Assembly (NCBI GenBank): GCA_949290395.1
Contig: CASERQ010000002.1
Span: 8,505 to 72,504, forward strand
Origin: an uncultured bacterium
GTDB taxonomy: Bacteria > Bacillota_I > Bacilli_A > RFN20 > CAG-826
Length of the DNA stretch: 64,000 bases
Reading direction: 5' to 3'
A model generated the notes under the pieces. That model saw only the letters and a program-made list of their open reading frames with translations, searched no databases and was not told the origin of the DNA. Both the position numbers and the translations under genes were made by a program. Position 1 is the stretch's first letter. Each line of letters starts with the position of its first letter. Shown piece by piece: positions 61,759 through 64,000 of the stretch.

Positions 61759-64000
61759 ATGAAAAAGAAAATTTTATATCTAGCAATGCCTGTGTTATTT
61801 GCTAGCTTAGCGTTAGCCTCTTGTGGAAATCAAAAAGGAGATATTCCACCAGAAGAAGAAAAGACTACTTATAATTTTGAATTTGTTCTTGATGCACCTA
61901 GTGCTATAAAGGATGATATTAAAGTTGTTGCTCCACAAAATGGAGAATATGAAGCTAACGAGAGTCTTTCAGTTACTTTATCTTTTGAAGAAACAACGGC
62001 TTTTTCTTTCGACGGTTATTTTTTAAATGATACAAAAGTATCAGAAGAGCTAACTTTTACTTTTAATATTACTGAAGATACAAAATTACTTGCTAAGTTT
62101 AGTGAAACCGGTCAAAGCGAAGAACCTGATCCAGAAAATCCTGAAAATCCAGAAGATCCAAGCAATCCATCTTTTGCTGATGTAAAAGTTGGCGAAGTAT
62201 ATGAAGAAGGTAAACTTGGCTTATGGCAAAAAACAAATGGGGAAGCTCTCTATTTTGATGGAGCAATGGATGAAAAAGCCAAGTATTATTTTGGAACAAC
62301 TTCCGATTTTGATAGCGCAGTAGATATAAGATCAACTAAAGTTTCTGAGACAGAATTAACTTTAGAAATTATTTCTGGAACTAGTGCTGGTAAGTTTATT
62401 GGCGCAACAGTAAGTGGAAGTGGTGAAGATTCTCATAACAATATCATCATGCAAGATGATGAGTTTAGATGGACTTATAATGTTGAATATGATGCCTACA
62501 CTGCTGTCTTAAGTAATGATGAAGAAGTATATATTGGTAGTTACGATAATTATAAGACAATGTCACTAAGTACTATGGACCATATTACTGGATCAGATAC
62601 CAATATAGCTCATGTCGTACAAGAAGAAATAACTAATCCTTCAGAAGAAAATCCAGAGGATCCAGATCCTGATACTCCTGTTGATGAAAATCCATCATTT
62701 GAAGAAACTCAAGTTGGTGATGTGATCGAAACTGGGAAACTTGGTTTATGGCAAAAAACAAACGGAGAAGCTCTTTATTTTGATGGCGCAATGGATGAAA
62801 ACGCCACGTATTATTTTGGAACAACTTCTGATTTTGATAGTGCAGTAGATATCAAATCTACTAAAGTCTCTGAAACTGAATTAACTTTAGAAATTATTTC
62901 TGGAACTAGTGCAGGCCAATATATTGGTGCAACAGTAAGTGGAAGTGGCGAAGACTCACACAACAATATCATCATGCAAGATGATGAATTTAGATGGACA
63001 TATAATGTTGAATATGATGCTTATACTGCTATCTTGAGTAATGATGAAGAAGTTTATATTGGCAGTTACAAAACTTATAAGACAATGTCCTTAAGTAATA
63101 TTGATCATATTACTGGTTCAGACACTAATATTGCTCATGTTGTTCAAAATAAAATAGGAAATCCTTCTGAAGACACAGATCCTGTAGACCCAGAGCCAGA
63201 TCCAGACCCAGAAGAACCTAGTGAACCAAGTGGACAAAAAGCAAACGCAACTTATCAACATACTTTTGTAAAAGAAGATAATTTCAAAAAAGAAGGCGGT
63301 ACAACCGCTAATATAAATGGATTAACTTGGACCTATACAAGCGCAAGTTGGTATCAATTTGATGGTGCACTTGGACTACATATTGGTTCAAACAATGCCC
63401 CTCAAGATGAATATTGGACTATTTCTACTAATATTCCAGAAGGAGTTTATGTTATTGATTTCAATATTAAAATCAAAGGTAATGCCAATATAAATGGAAC
63501 TTACCAAGTAAAAATTGGTGGAAAAGAAGTTCTTGGTTCTTTTACAAGTAATGAACCAACTTCATATATTGGTTTATTAGATTCGACGGGAAAAACTTTA
63601 TCTGTTTCTTTAAAAGCAGATAAGGGCTTCTACTTTAGTGGATTTGCATTTAATTTTTATGTTCCAGATGGCGTAACTTTTGACGTAACAACTGATGAAG
63701 GTTATGATCCAAGTAATCCAGATAATCCTGATGTACCAGGTGATGACCCTGTATATAGTGGAGAAATTCCAGAAACAAATTTTGAACCTATAACAAAAGA
63801 AGAGTATTACAAAACTATCGATTTTAGTAATGCATCAACCTTAGAATCTAGCATTCTAGAATTAACAAATAAGAATTTTCATCAACAAAGATATAGCGAT
63901 GCAAGTTATATACTTCAATATACTGATGAAGATTTGAGTGATAAAGGTTATCTTTATGGTATTTATGATGGAGAACTTTTAAATCCAAAATGGTTAGGAA
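61759..64000 (+). CDS. large modular lipoprotein (partial, continues past window end); the last visible residues resemble an endonuclease I/Bsn-type nuclease domain
   Basis: Not in the ORF track because there is no stop in the window. Own translation: MKKKILYLAMPVLFASLALASCGNQ... (lipobox LASC), open for 747 codons. It has two 175-aa repeats, P/E/D-rich linkers, and ends ...EEYYKTIDFSNASTLESSILELTNKNFHQQRYSDASYILQYTDEDLSDKGYLYGIYDGE. Confidence 0.7.
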   Translation, partial: MKKKILYLAMPVLFASLALASCGNQKGDIPPEEEKTTYNFEFVLDAPSAIKDDIKVVAPQNGEYEANESLSVTLSFEETTAFSFDGYFLNDTKVSEELTFTFNITEDTKLLAKFSETGQSEEPDPENPENPEDPSNPSFADVKVGEVYEEGKLGLWQKTNGEALYFDGAMDEKAKYYFGTTSDFDSAVDIRSTKVSETELTLEIISGTSAGKFIGATVSGSGEDSHNNIIMQDDEFRWTYNVEYDAYTAVLSNDEEVYIGSYDNYKTMSLSTMDHITGSDTNIAHVVQEEITNPSEENPEDPDPDTPVDENPSFEETQVGDVIETGKLGLWQKTNGEALYFDGAMDENATYYFGTTSDFDSAVDIKSTKVSETELTLEIISGTSAGQYIGATVSGSGEDSHNNIIMQDDEFRWTYNVEYDAYTAILSNDEEVYIGSYKTYKTMSLSNIDHITGSDTNIAHVVQNKIGNPSEDTDPVDPEPDPDPEEPSEPSGQKANATYQHTFVKEDNFKKEGGTTANINGLTWTYTSASWYQFDGALGLHIGSNNAPQDEYWTISTNIPEGVYVIDFNIKIKGNANINGTYQVKIGGKEVLGSFTSNEPTSYIGLLDSTGKTLSVSLKADKGFYFSGFAFNFYVPDGVTFDVTTDEGYDPSNPDNPDVPGDDPVYSGEIPETNFEPITKEEYYKTIDFSNASTLESSILELTNKNFHQQRYSDASYILQYTDEDLSDKGYLYGIYDGELLNPKWLG
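62143..63190 (+). repeat. in-frame tandem duplication, 525-nt period, two copies
   Basis: AATCCATC at 62164 and 62689, TTATGGCAAA at 62221 and 62746, AATCCTTC at 62635 and 63160; every offset is 525. Core protein identity is high, and many nucleotide differences are at third codon positions. Confidence 0.85.

Noticed and set aside
62099-62824. Two similar minus-strand ORFs (62099-62335 and 62633-62824) sharing FQNNTW.FHP..HQN..L..LFFAI.QV
   Set aside because: Their similarity is only the antisense shadow of the 525-nt tandem duplication inside the long + strand lipoprotein ORF. Composition is His/Gln/Leu-rich and there are no start signals.

Overview
This is a low-GC Mollicutes/Firmicutes-type chromosome segment. 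It reads cleanly with the standard bacterial code: TGA acts as a stop (e.g. 55196-55198), Trp is TGG, and ORFs of over 1000 aa are unbroken. That makes it Acholeplasma-like rather than Mycoplasma-like (inference only). All calls rest on reading the supplied translations, my own translation of two ORFs that run off the window edges, and motif recognition; no searches were run.

Roughly 1-31 kb is core housekeeping:
- thrS (partial) behind a Thr T-box leader, then pfkA-pyk and a dnaB-like/dnaI pair.
- A tightly packed minus-strand operon: ackA-nrnA-dnaE-polA-(mutM fused to coaE).
- glgB-glgP, lemA, tRNA-Asp/tRNA-Phe, a carD-like gene, trxB, a MIF-type tautomerase and tRNA-Gly.
- MFS, EamA and MacB-like transporters, then tRNA-Lys.

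From 30.4 kb to the window end (64 kb) is an accessory, surface- and transport-dominated block, entirely on the + strand:
- A nine-gene translationally coupled operon: GNAT, esterase, M6 metalloprotease, an RDD-like pair, and a CUT1-type ABC importer.
- A second unit: small TM protein, an orphan MalK-like ATPase, and a second RDD-like pair.
- A third unit: a 514-aa surface protein, a third MalK-like ATPase, two permeases and two binding lipoproteins. It runs straight into a staphylococcal-nuclease lipoprotein, a zinc-ribbon membrane protein and a 1032-aa lipoprotein built from repeated OB-like modules. After a terminator come two 5'-nucleotidase lipoproteins, then a large repeat-containing lipoprotein whose last visible residues look like an endonuclease I/Bsn domain.

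The most interesting candidates:
1. The whole 46-64 kb block as an extracellular nucleic-acid capture, degradation, dephosphorylation and import system.
2. The duplicated RDD-like membrane-protein pairs.
3. The in-register insertions of different size in all three MalK-type ATPases.

No CRISPR array, transposase, integrase, rRNA or obvious prophage was seen.
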